From NCBI GenBank assembly GCA_002269645.1, contig NIVC01000025.1, positions 372,001-436,000 on the forward strand: DNA of 64,000 nt. Direction: 5' to 3'. Each line of letters begins with the position of its first letter. Positions within the stretch are counted from its first letter, which is position 1. The position numbers and the translations under genes were made by a program. This stretch comes from Macrostomum lignano (lineage: Eukaryota). The notes beneath the pieces are model-generated. The model saw only the letters and a program-made list of their open reading frames with translations, was not told the origin of the DNA and did no database searches. This document shows, in pieces, positions 1 to 9,473 of the stretch.

Positions 1-763
1 GCTAGGGATAACTTCTGTCCTTACAAATGATTCCTTAGCTGTCACTAAGTTGTTACAAGGTTTGACTTCTGTCTCTATAAATTGTTCTAATGTTGGTAGC
101 TGCCACCAAGACTATTCTATTAATAAATTATAAGTTTATTAATCTTAGAATAAGTTTAAGAATGTTTCTTAGAATATGTCTAAGTATATTATTCAGTCCT
201 TTCAAGTATTTCTTTTCTATTATTCTGGTAGTGTTTACAATGTTCCTAGTAGTGTTCTAATGATTTGGCCTAAATGGTACATTGGCTTTACTGGTATATG
301 CATTGCATGTATTTTCCAAGTCGTGGGCATTACTGAGATCAAAGGGTCACAGCCTCTGGTTATTTTGTATATATAGATCTAGATCTACTTCGTAACTCTC
401 TTACTACTCAATACTTTCCTTTTTAGTAGTATATATAGTACACATTTCTGTCTACTTCACTCTTACTTCAGCAAATGAAAAACTCAGAAAACACTTCAAT
501 ATTTACTTGAAACACTTCTTAACTATGTTACTGTTTAAGCTGCGAGAGTGAGTTGTGAAATGAGACCAAATTGGTTGCTTCTCTCTCAGCAAAATTGGCT
601 TCTATTTATACCAATTTTTAGGTCTAGTTTTATCAAAAAAAATCATTAAAATATTTTGGAAAACATAAATAATAAAACAAAATGTCATTCTTAGTTTTAG
701 CGCAAGTTTGAAATGCATACTAGCAATTGAATTTTTTACATAAGACAAGAGGGGCTTTCCTCA

Positions 764-1671
764 TGAAGTACTTCTCCTTCTCAGGTTCTCTAAGATGTTC
801 CTAGAAAAAAGAACCCGCTGCTCCTGAAGAAGCTAGATAGCACCGCAGTACTACCTATTGATTTGCCTGAAATGAACCTAAAACGTTGCCATTACTTGGT
901 AGGGTTGCTGCCACCTTGGTGTGCGGACTCGACGCATTGGCAGAGTTGTCTATCTGTCACCTGAAAGAAAATTAACAAAGTCGCTCGGAGCAAGACAAAT
1001 CTGAAAAATGTCTCGACAGTCGATCGTCTTAGTAAATGCTGCTCGAACCTGAAAACCTGTAAAACCTGAAATGAGAGAGGAGAGCTCGGAGGCAGTGGCA
1101 GCTCCAATCTAGGAAGCTCCCGAACGCGGCTCATGATCTGGAGAAAAACGGCTCTCAGATACTCCATATTTATAGCCAAGCAGACCCCCAAAAGTCACGT
1201 GAGTTTCATGCGGTGAGCGCGTGAAACTTCCTTATTTGGGCATTGGAATCATGCGGGCGATGTGTGATCCAAGGCCAACTTCCAAATAAGGCAACCCTGT
1301 CATGCAGCAGTGGCGTGACTCAAGGTCAGTGGCCACGCACAGAGTGCGTGCACAGTCAAGTGCTTAGGCTGTGCTAAAAATAGAATCGTGGGCGGATGAG
1401 TCATCCTGTTTACTCCCTCTAGGCAGCCCTTACACTCCGCGCAGGTGATGAGTCATCCTGCTACGCCTCCTCAGCGCGAGTGGGAAGACATTGAGTGTGG
1501 CTGCCCACGCCTGCTCAGGCGATGAGTCATCAGGCAGTAAACACATAGGCCCAGCACAGAGTATCTCTCTCACTAGCTCAGGTGGACTGAGCTACTGTGC
1601 AGCGGATCACAGCGCCCTTAGGGAAAGCTAGTAAATGCTGCTGAATAGCCAGTTAGCAGCCAGTCACTACA
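764..1671 (-). repeat. 3' LTR
   Basis: Direct repeat of 9474-10381, ~23 substitutions by eye (~97.5% identity); termini TGAAGTA...CACTACA on plus. Confidence 0.96.
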
Positions 1672-1683
1672 CTCTCCCCGTCC
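1672..1683 (-). other. Polypurine tract
   Basis: Minus strand GGACGGGGAGAG directly abutting the 3' LTR. Confidence 0.85.
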
Positions 1684-2007
1684 AAATTAAATTGCAGCAG
1701 CGGAACAATGATTCAATTTTATTTGAAAACAAAAATCGGCTCTAATAAGGCCACTGCATAATAAGTATTTATTAGCTACAAAAGAAAAGTAAAATTTATT
1801 GCGCGCCAGTCAAAAAGATGGAAAACAAGGCCACACGAATTGCATACGGTATTGCGGATTAACCAGTGATAGTTTTTAGAGATTAGATTGATTAGCTGAG
1901 AGATGTATTAAATTTCGAGATTATTTTGAAATGGAGATGAATTCCTGATTATTGCATGTCAGCCTAATTGTAAAGATGTAAATGTTGTCATGTAATTTTA
2001 ATTTTTG

Positions 2008-3151
2008 TTAATAACAAATGAATTTTTCAAAGTCCGTTGGCACGTTGGCGGTTTGACCTAGGAAGAAAAGGGCCTTTAAGATGGCCAATTCTAGCGTAGT
2101 TGGATGCAGCGGTTGCGTTGGTAGGGCGGCGATGGTGCGGCGGGCCACTTCCGAGATAGCCTGCCGACGGGCGTTGGCAGTAGCCGCCGAGAAAGCCTCT
2201 CGAATGTTCGTGGGCCATTGGCGACTCAACTGCCCATTCAGGCCAGCCCTCACGAGCAGGCTGGTCAGCTGGCTGATGCCCTCCTCGCTGACTGTGGTTA
2301 GGTGGCTCACCTGTGTTGAGGCGTCAGCGTGCTGCGGCCTGGCCTTGATAGCGGCATTGATCGCTTCCACTAGCTCCGTTTTTGAAAACAACCTGGGCGG
2401 CGACAGGGCAGGCGACGGATGGCGAAAGTGCGGTCTCGGCGGAGTGGGCGGCGTGGGGATATCATCTAAATTGATGGTATCTGGCTGCGGCGGCGGCGTC
2501 ATCACACCTAAATATTGAGCCGGAGGTGGCGAATGCGGTTGCGGCGGAGTGAGCAGGATATCCATCTGCGGATCGAATAGAGCCGGTGGTTGGGCGTCTG
2601 GGGCGTCCTGTTCTCTTGGAGACAGCAGGTCCTGCAGCGGCGGCAGAAGATCGTCGCCCGGCTCCTCTTGAAGGGGAGCTGCTCAAGCTGCCCAGTAAGT
2701 TGAGAAGATCGCCAGCCGGCGATCGATCAGCCTTTGGCGTCTTATGCGGCTGGGCTGGCGAGCTGAGGGCCGGTCGATCGGTGGTCGGACTGGCTGGCGA
2801 CGCGGCTTTCTGGAAGTTCTTAGAGGCCGGTGGACGGTCGCTGGCCGAGACGGCCCTTGGCGGGTCCAGACGGAGCCGTATGGCCGCGGCGCGTTCTCTG
2901 GCTATGGCTAGCCGGTCGCTGAGTTGGGCGGGCTGGATCGGCGCCAACCGTCTTACCTCCGCCGTTGGCCGTTGCTGGGGCTGCGCATCCCATCGACTGC
3001 GGCGCCTGCGCATCGGGTCCTGCGCCGGTGTCGGTATGACACGGGCCGTGCCAGATGGTAGAGCAGGCCGGGTCCGCTTGCGCCCACTGGCCGGCGAGGG
3101 CGTTCTAGATGGTTCGCGGTCACGGCGTTTTCGGTTTTCCTTGCCGGTCAT
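2008..3151 (-). pseudogene. Retrotransposon third ORF (unknown function), split by a frameshift near 2673-2676
   Basis: ORFs 2462-3151 and 2008-2565; the downstream frame is open back to ~2680 (LQEEPGDDLLPPLQDLLSP...); ATG in CAAAATG context 9 nt after the pol stop. Confidence 0.65.
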
Positions 3152-3159
3152 TTTGCTGG

Positions 3160-5961
3160 TTAATTTTGCTTTTCAGCGCTGGAACAGGCACGAGGCCGGC
3201 GGAAAAGGTTAACTAAACGGCTCAAGTAGGACTTTGACTTTGGTTTTAGAACCAAGCGGTCAGGTTCCCTTCGAGCCCTAACTGGCCTGTCATTGACGGC
3301 CCACTCGATTTGACTGGTTGATGGCAAATTGGCCGACAAATCATGACTATTATTTGGCAAATTGGCCGACATAACATGACTATTACATTGATTATTCCTA
3401 TCAGAGTCTAGGTTAATCCTATCGCTAATTTCAATTTCAGGTCGCCTCAACGGTTCGATTGTAGGAGCGGATGGAGCGTCGCAAGAATCATACGGCAGTG
3501 ACTCAAGCTCAACTCTATTCTCCATAACTTCAGGTTCCTGGATGCGGACTTCGGTTGGACGCGCGCCTGGCTGAGCAGCTGATCGGAGTCGCCAGCGGTA
3601 GGCGGGTCTCATGTCCAGGTCGTCTTCTTCTTCGTCAGAGTCTTCAGAGATGGCGGGGAGTGTCGCAGCTCCGGCGTCAGCCTGTCGAACTCGGCGTTGC
3701 TTCTTCGGTTCAGCTGGCCCTTCGAGATCTGCAATTGGATAATCTGAAGTGGGCACAAGGAGGAGGTTCCGGCGATGAACTACCATTTCGTCCGGTCGTT
3801 CTCGAGGGTGACGAACCTTCCGTCGAATCTTGTAGACGACCTCTCCTTTGCTTTCCACCACTTCATACAACGATCTCCTTGGCCTGTGGAACTTTGCTGC
3901 TTCACCTTCGTGTAGGACCGGGTTGTTCAAGAAGACGAGATCTCCTGGCTGTAGCTTCTTAGCTGCTGGTCGGTTCTCGTAGTGCTCGTCTCGTGCTTGC
4001 TGATGCAGGCCTAGCCGTTCATTGGCGAGGTCCGTGGCGTGCTTGAGGCGTTGTTGAAACTCTGTGACGTAATCAGGCAGGTTGGCATACTCCGGGAGTA
4101 GCTTCAATGAATTGTCGAGAGGCATCCTGTATTCTCGGCCATAGACTAAGAAGTAAGGCGTATAGCCTGTGACTGGATGAACGCTGGATCGAAGAGCAAT
4201 CATGCACGCTGGCAGAAATGTGTCCCAATCACGATGATAGTGCTCGAGGAGACATGTCAGAATGCTCTTGATCTGCTTGTTCAAATTTTCTACCAGTCCG
4301 TTGGATGCTGGGTTGTACGGCGTCGTTGTCGTGTGCCTGATCGCGTAGAGATCACAGAACTTCTTGAAGGCGTTTCCTGTAAAGTTCGTGCCTTGGTCCG
4401 TGTGAATCCAAGCTGGAACTCCGTATTCCGGAATAAACCGGTCCTGTAGTAATCGTATAACGGTTTTAGCTTTCTGATTTCTCATCGGATAAGCTATCGG
4501 AAACTTTGATGTCGCACAGCAGAGTGTCAGGATGTACCGATGACCTCCTTTGGACGGTTGCGCAATCGGTCCGATCACATCCATGTGAAGTCTTCCAAAA
4601 ACTTCGCAGACTGGAAAACTCTGCACTGGCACTTGCTGTTTTCGTCGTGACTTGCTCTCTAGGCAGGTTCGGCATTTGCTGACGTAGGTCTCAATGGCTC
4701 GGACTAGACCTGTTCGCCAGAATCTTTTGCGCACACGTTGGGCGGTCTTTCGCTGTCCTTGGTGTCCTGCTAAAGGCGAATTGTGGAGCTCGTTAAAAAC
4801 TTCGTTGTCGAGAGCTACTGGTAAGACAATCTTCGGTGGAGTGTCTTTTTCCGTCATGTTGATCATGAGTAGATCTCGCTCGAGGAATAGTAACTCGTAG
4901 TATCCTAGCAGGTTCCGTTGCTCTCTGCTAAGTCGTAATCGATCGTCAAACGCTGGTTTCGGTTGATTCTCCTTGATCAACTTGTAAACGTAGCCAATAG
5001 CTGGGTCATCCTGTTGAGCTTTGATGAGCTTGTTGCGCGGCAATGGCGGCTTCAGATGATCCGTGAGCAATGCTCGACAGCGCGGCAGACTTTGAGAAGT
5101 TGCGAGCTGGGGAGATGCTTCAGCTGTACGTGCTCTGTCTTCCTCGTATGCAGACTTCGTCACCTCTGCATAGGAACGCGTCGGTTTCGGCGTGGGACGA
5201 AGGCGCTTCATGGCGCAAGACATATCGTCCACGCGTTGATAATGGGTGGTCGGCTGCAGGCTCATGGAAGAGCAACGAGACGGCTCGACCTGCTGAGTCT
5301 GTCGGCTCATGGAAGAGCAGCGAGACTCCTCAGCGGTAAATTTTCGACCGAGATCTGAGCAGTGGCGCTCGACTGGGAGGGCTGCTGGAGCGGTGGCCTC
5401 CGAATCTTCGTCCAAGTCAGTCTCCAAACTCTGTAGGTAGACCTGATGGCTGTCGTTGGAGAGGGCTGAGGGTACAGTGGCCTCTTGAACTTCATCCAGA
5501 TTGGTCTCCTTGAAGTGACGGCGAGCGTGGGTGGCTCGGCAGAGGGCTGCTGGTGCGGTGGCCTCTGTGTCTCCATCCAAGCTTACTGTCTCCTGGCGTT
5601 GGCGCGAACAGTGGAGAACTCGGCAGAGGGCTGCAGGTGCGGTGGCCTCTGGTTCGTTGTCCAAGTCGGTCTCTGCCTCTGGATCGCGATTGTGGGTCTT
5701 GATTGAGAGGGCTGCTGGTGCGGTGGCCTCTGAATCGATGCCCGGATCAGTTTCCTTAATGCGGGGACACTCACGCTGAGTGGTGTCTCCTGTCTCCTCG
5801 CGGTGGCAAGCCAGGACAGCGTCGACGTCTTGGAGTACTCCGTGATCGCATTCTAACGGAGGCGTGTCCGGGCGTCTTGATAGCGCGTCGGCGTTGGTGT
5901 GGTCAGTACCCTTGCGCGATGGGAGATGGTGAACTGAAATTCGCTGATCCTCTGGACCCAT
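3160..5961 (-). CDS. Pol 3' part: end of RNase H, repetitive spacer, integrase
   Basis: DALSR; HHCC (LHNSPLAGH...CRTC); DDE core LHMDVIGP / HTDQG / NGLVENLN. Confidence 0.92.
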   Translation of the reverse strand: MGPEDQRISVHHLPSRKGTDHTNADALSRRPDTPPLECDHGVLQDVDAVLACHREETGDTTQRECPRIKETDPGIDSEATAPAALSIKTHNRDPEAETDLDNEPEATAPAALCRVLHCSRQRQETVSLDGDTEATAPAALCRATHARRHFKETNLDEVQEATVPSALSNDSHQVYLQSLETDLDEDSEATAPAALPVERHCSDLGRKFTAEESRCSSMSRQTQQVEPSRCSSMSLQPTTHYQRVDDMSCAMKRLRPTPKPTRSYAEVTKSAYEEDRARTAEASPQLATSQSLPRCRALLTDHLKPPLPRNKLIKAQQDDPAIGYVYKLIKENQPKPAFDDRLRLSREQRNLLGYYELLFLERDLLMINMTEKDTPPKIVLPVALDNEVFNELHNSPLAGHQGQRKTAQRVRKRFWRTGLVRAIETYVSKCRTCLESKSRRKQQVPVQSFPVCEVFGRLHMDVIGPIAQPSKGGHRYILTLCCATSKFPIAYPMRNQKAKTVIRLLQDRFIPEYGVPAWIHTDQGTNFTGNAFKKFCDLYAIRHTTTTPYNPASNGLVENLNKQIKSILTCLLEHYHRDWDTFLPACMIALRSSVHPVTGYTPYFLVYGREYRMPLDNSLKLLPEYANLPDYVTEFQQRLKHATDLANERLGLHQQARDEHYENRPAAKKLQPGDLVFLNNPVLHEGEAAKFHRPRRSLYEVVESKGEVVYKIRRKVRHPRERPDEMVVHRRNLLLVPTSDYPIADLEGPAEPKKQRRVRQADAGAATLPAISEDSDEEEDDLDMRPAYRWRLRSAAQPGARPTEVRIQEPEVMENRVELESLPYDSCDAPSAPTIEPLRRPEIEISDRINLDSDRNNQCNSHVMSANLPNNSHDLSANLPSTSQIEWAVNDRPVRARREPDRLVLKPKSKSYLSRLVNLFRRPRACSSAEKQN

Positions 5962-6056
5962 CGACCTAGAATCCCGGTAGATTCAGTCTGACGTAACAGC
6001 CAGAGCAAGGCCTTGTGATCACTTCTTACTTCAAACTTCTTTCCTATTAAATATTC

Positions 6057-8135
6057 TCAAAAGTGTCGCATGGCATCGACAATAGCCAGTAGCTCCCGCT
6101 TGGTGACCGTGTAGCGAACTTCCGGGTCACGGAGCTTGCGACTGAAAAAGGCGATCGGTCGTTCTATTCCATCGGATTGCAGTTGTCCTAGACATGCACC
6201 GATTCGGGTGTCGGATGCGTCGGTATCCAGGATGAACTTGACCTTCGGATCCTCATTGAACTCTGGGAGGGCGAGTACTTCGGTTGAGCATAGCTTGCTC
6301 TTCAGAGTCTCAAAGGCAGTCTGATGCTGCTGCGTCCAATGACGCTGGAATCCTTGCAGGTCCTTGCGTGTCAATGCGTGTAACGGGGCAGCAATGCCCA
6401 AGTAATCCTCGACGAACTTCTTGTAGTAATTGGCGAGACCAAGAAAGCTTCGTAGTTGACGAACAGTCCGAGGCGTTGGCCAACTGCGTATCTGCTCAAT
6501 CTTGTCTTCGCTTGTCCGTAGGCCTTCCGGCGTAATCACGTGGCCTAGATAGTGGAGCTCCTTGAATAAATGGCATTTCTTCGGCTTTAGTTTTAAGTTG
6601 GCGGCTATGATTCGGTTTAGGACTTGTCGTAGACGGTCTAAGTGATCATCGAACGTCACTGCGTGTACAACGATGTCGTCCATGTAACCAAGAGCGGCCT
6701 GCGGTTTTAGTCCTTCTAGCAGTTGGTTAATACAACGCTGGAACGATCCGGGGCTGTCGGTGAGTCCCATTGGTAGCACCTTGAAGCAGAATTGTCCACG
6801 ATCGAGCACAGAGAAGGCAGTGATGTCCTGGTCTTCCTCGCGGAGAGGGATCTGGTAAAAGCCCTGTACCAGGTCGAGGCTTGAGTACCACTGCGCTCCT
6901 TTGAGTTTGGCGAAAGTTTCCTGAATGTGCGGGATCGGGTACGTATGCTTCAGCGTCACATCGTTGATCGCTCTGAAGTCGTGCACAATACGAATCGTCT
7001 TGTCCTTCTTTGGCACTAGGATCATCGGCGAATTGTAACTGGAGTACGTTGGCCGTATGATGCCTTTCTTCAGCATATCGTCGAGCATCTGATCCAGTTG
7101 TGGTCGTAGATGCGGAGGTATCCGGCGAGGAGGAATCGCGATTGGCGTCGAGTCTGTGAGCACAATCTCATGAGTTACCAGGTGTGTCAATCCGTGGTCC
7201 AACGGAGTTAGGGAGAATGCCTTCTCGCATTCCTTGAGTACTTCTTGAACCTGGTGCTTCTGGTGGCTGTTCAGCTGGTCTCCGATGTCGACCTCGTTGA
7301 TCCAACTGTCAGTCGTTTCTTCAGTCGTATTCAGTTGACGGACTTCTGGCTCATTCGACTCGCTGAAGTACTCGAGGTCCTGGGTCTTGAGTGGCGTGGC
7401 TACTCCCAATAGCATGTTGCGACGCAAGTGAACCTCTGTGTCTGATGGGTTGAGTACTTCCATCACTCCTCGACCTTCTGACATCGTGTGCAGGACCGGG
7501 GCTGCGTCTAACTGGTGATGCTTCGCTCGCAGTCCTGATTTGAGCGGTTCGATAATCATCGGTGAACCGTAGTTCTGCTGATGACCTTCGGCTAGTTTAA
7601 TGGCGACGAGGCAGGAACATTGAGGCGGTAGAGTGCATTTTTCAGCGACGTACACTCGGCAGGCCTTCAGTTCTCTCCTTGAATAGCGTACCGGAAGTCG
7701 GGTGCCTTGTCGGAATGTGAGCATTCCTTGCTGGAAGTCCAGTCCTTGGCAGTGACTCCGCATGAAATCGATTCCTAAAAGATTTTCACAGTCTCCTTCG
7801 GCGACGAAGAATTCGGTTTCCGCGACATAGTCCCCGAATTCTATTGATAGGATAACCTTAGCGGCGAGACTTAACTCGGTCCCGTCGTACATAGCGACTC
7901 GGTTAGGATAAGCAGGTGCGACTATACAACGTGGTGAACGACGCCTAATGGCGGCCCAAGTGGACGCTCCGAGGAAGTTTCTTCTGCTTCCGCTGTCTAG
8001 CAGAAAGGCGACCTCTCGTCGAGCCACTCGTCCTGTAATAAATGGGTCGACGTCACGCGCATGGCAGTATTTACAAAGGAGGCGTCCACGAAACCTCCAT
8101 CGTCCGTTTCTTCGATTACTGACAACTCGGACGAG
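6057..8135 (-). CDS. Pol 5' part: aspartic protease, reverse transcriptase, RNase H (premature TGA at 6057-6059)
   Basis: FLLDSGS protease; PIAIPPRR, SPMILVPKKD, DFRAIN, LDLVQGFYQI, LPMGL, YMDD RT motifs; LDTDAS and TKRELLAIV RNase H; frame open from ~8135; frame continues after the TGA (EYLIGKKFEVRSDH) until a 2-nt insertion near 5915. Confidence 0.95.
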   Translation of the reverse strand, partial: LVRVVSNRRNGRWRFRGRLLCKYCHARDVDPFITGRVARREVAFLLDSGSRRNFLGASTWAAIRRRSPRCIVAPAYPNRVAMYDGTELSLAAKVILSIEFGDYVAETEFFVAEGDCENLLGIDFMRSHCQGLDFQQGMLTFRQGTRLPVRYSRRELKACRVYVAEKCTLPPQCSCLVAIKLAEGHQQNYGSPMIIEPLKSGLRAKHHQLDAAPVLHTMSEGRGVMEVLNPSDTEVHLRRNMLLGVATPLKTQDLEYFSESNEPEVRQLNTTEETTDSWINEVDIGDQLNSHQKHQVQEVLKECEKAFSLTPLDHGLTHLVTHEIVLTDSTPIAIPPRRIPPHLRPQLDQMLDDMLKKGIIRPTYSSYNSPMILVPKKDKTIRIVHDFRAINDVTLKHTYPIPHIQETFAKLKGAQWYSSLDLVQGFYQIPLREEDQDITAFSVLDRGQFCFKVLPMGLTDSPGSFQRCINQLLEGLKPQAALGYMDDIVVHAVTFDDHLDRLRQVLNRIIAANLKLKPKKCHLFKELHYLGHVITPEGLRTSEDKIEQIRSWPTPRTVRQLRSFLGLANYYKKFVEDYLGIAAPLHALTRKDLQGFQRHWTQQHQTAFETLKSKLCSTEVLALPEFNEDPKVKFILDTDASDTRIGACLGQLQSDGIERPIAFFSRKLRDPEVRYTVTKRELLAIVDAMRHF

Positions 8136-9299
8136 TCAGCTGCCGCGGCTGCGGAGCCATACTCTTCCGGGGCGTGTTCGGTGTCGGCTGCATAGCCTGG
8201 GCTGGAGCTCGGGGGGCGTTGCCGTTTACGTCCTCCGGCCGGCCGTTTCCCGTAAACTGCTGAGATGATTGGCGTCTGTACGGACAATCTCCCGCCTTGT
8301 GTCCTTCTTGCTGACACTCGTAGCACGTGTAGTGCGGCGGTCGGTTCGCTTGACCGATCACTTGATTGGCTGTGACTTGCTGAGCCAACCTGTTCAGCAG
8401 TTGCTGCTGCGGCTGCATCATGGCGGCTTGTTGCTCAACGACCTTTTCCAACTTCGAGAGGGCGCTGTTGTTGTTCTCCTTCGAGGCTTGTCCCTCCCCG
8501 TCCAACATTCTGACCGGGGGCTCCTTCGAACGATGAGCCAGGTCTTTGGCTAATTCCATCCTCTTCAGTGCTCGCAAGGCTTCGCTGAGTGTCGTAGGTC
8601 GGATCCAGAAAAGTTTCTCGCGGCAGTCTGATGACGTGCGAATCCCGCGCAGGAACTGGTCAATCAGTTCTTGCTCTAGATGGCGAGGCTCGAGCCAAGG
8701 GAAGGCTTGCTCTGCTCTCCTAGCTCCTGCAGAGCATCGGCGTAATCTTCCGTTGATTCGTTCTTGCGCTGGCTGCGACCTCTGAATTCCTCTCGATATT
8801 CGTCTGGTCCTGAGAGTCGTGCGAATCTCTCTATTAGTCGTTGCTGAAGCTGTCGATAGCTGATGCGGTCGGGCAGCCTCATGCAAAGCACCGCAGCATA
8901 GGCCGAATTTAAGTCTAAATTCGCCAGCAATTGGGCCTTCTTGTCGTCTTCATCCTGTAGATCTTCTGCCTCACATCGTAGGTCGAAAGCCTTTAACCAA
9001 ACGCGGATGTCCTGCGATGGCGTATAGCTCTTCATCTTAACTTGCTTCTTAGGCTGTAGATTGAGCTGACGTTGCATGGCCTGCAGCATCCTGCGGATCA
9101 TGTCCGGGTTGGTGTCGCATCCGAGGTTGTTGAGTCCTGCAAATATATCTTCTTCCTCTTCTCCTGAGTCATCCCTAAAATTAAATCCTCTACTGCAATG
9201 TACGGGTGAACCCGCAGCAGCTGCGGCGGAGTTTCCGTTGTCCTGACGCGTGTGCTGTTGATCACCGATGAAATCTTCTCGATCACTGTCGTGAGACAT
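8116..9299 (-). CDS. Gag, split by a frameshift near 8720
   Basis: ORF 8676-9299 (capsid-like ...RSQRKNESTEDYADALQEL) continues in ORF 8116-8886 (AEQAFP...LIDQFLRGI...CYECQQEGHKAGDC zinc knuckle). Confidence 0.88.
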
Positions 9300-9448
9300 C
9301 TTGGTACTGACTAATTAGTCGTGGTAGGCGTGATTGATGACGTGTCCGAAAGGGTGATAGTTGAGTGACGTTGACGTCGATTCGGTGACGTTCTCCTGCT
9401 TGCTTGTTGTATCCCGAATCTCGTATCCTTTGTCTCGAATCTCGAATC

Positions 9449-9472
9449 TCGAATCCCACCGCTGTTCCACCA
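9449..9472 (-). promoter_or_regulatory. Primer-binding site, tRNA-Leu-like
   Basis: Plus strand TCGAATCCCACCGCTGTTCCACCA, 1 nt from the 5' LTR, resembles the recalled 3' end of tRNA-Leu (...TCGAATCCCACCGCTGCCA-CCA) with a 2-nt insertion. Confidence 0.8.
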
Positions 9473-9473
9473 G

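Noticed and set aside
1-330. Short open minus-strand frame and TATA-like signal left of the gypsy insertion (possible older element)
   Set aside because: Fragmentary, cut by the window edge, no identifiable motif
892-1191. 99-aa ORF, repeated at 9602-9901
   Set aside because: Lies inside the LTRs (R/U5 side), starts at a non-ATG codon and has no recognisable domain; its duplication is explained by the LTR
2008-3151. env gene
   Set aside because: No signal peptide, furin site, Cys pattern or convincing TM anchor; kept as an unknown ORF instead
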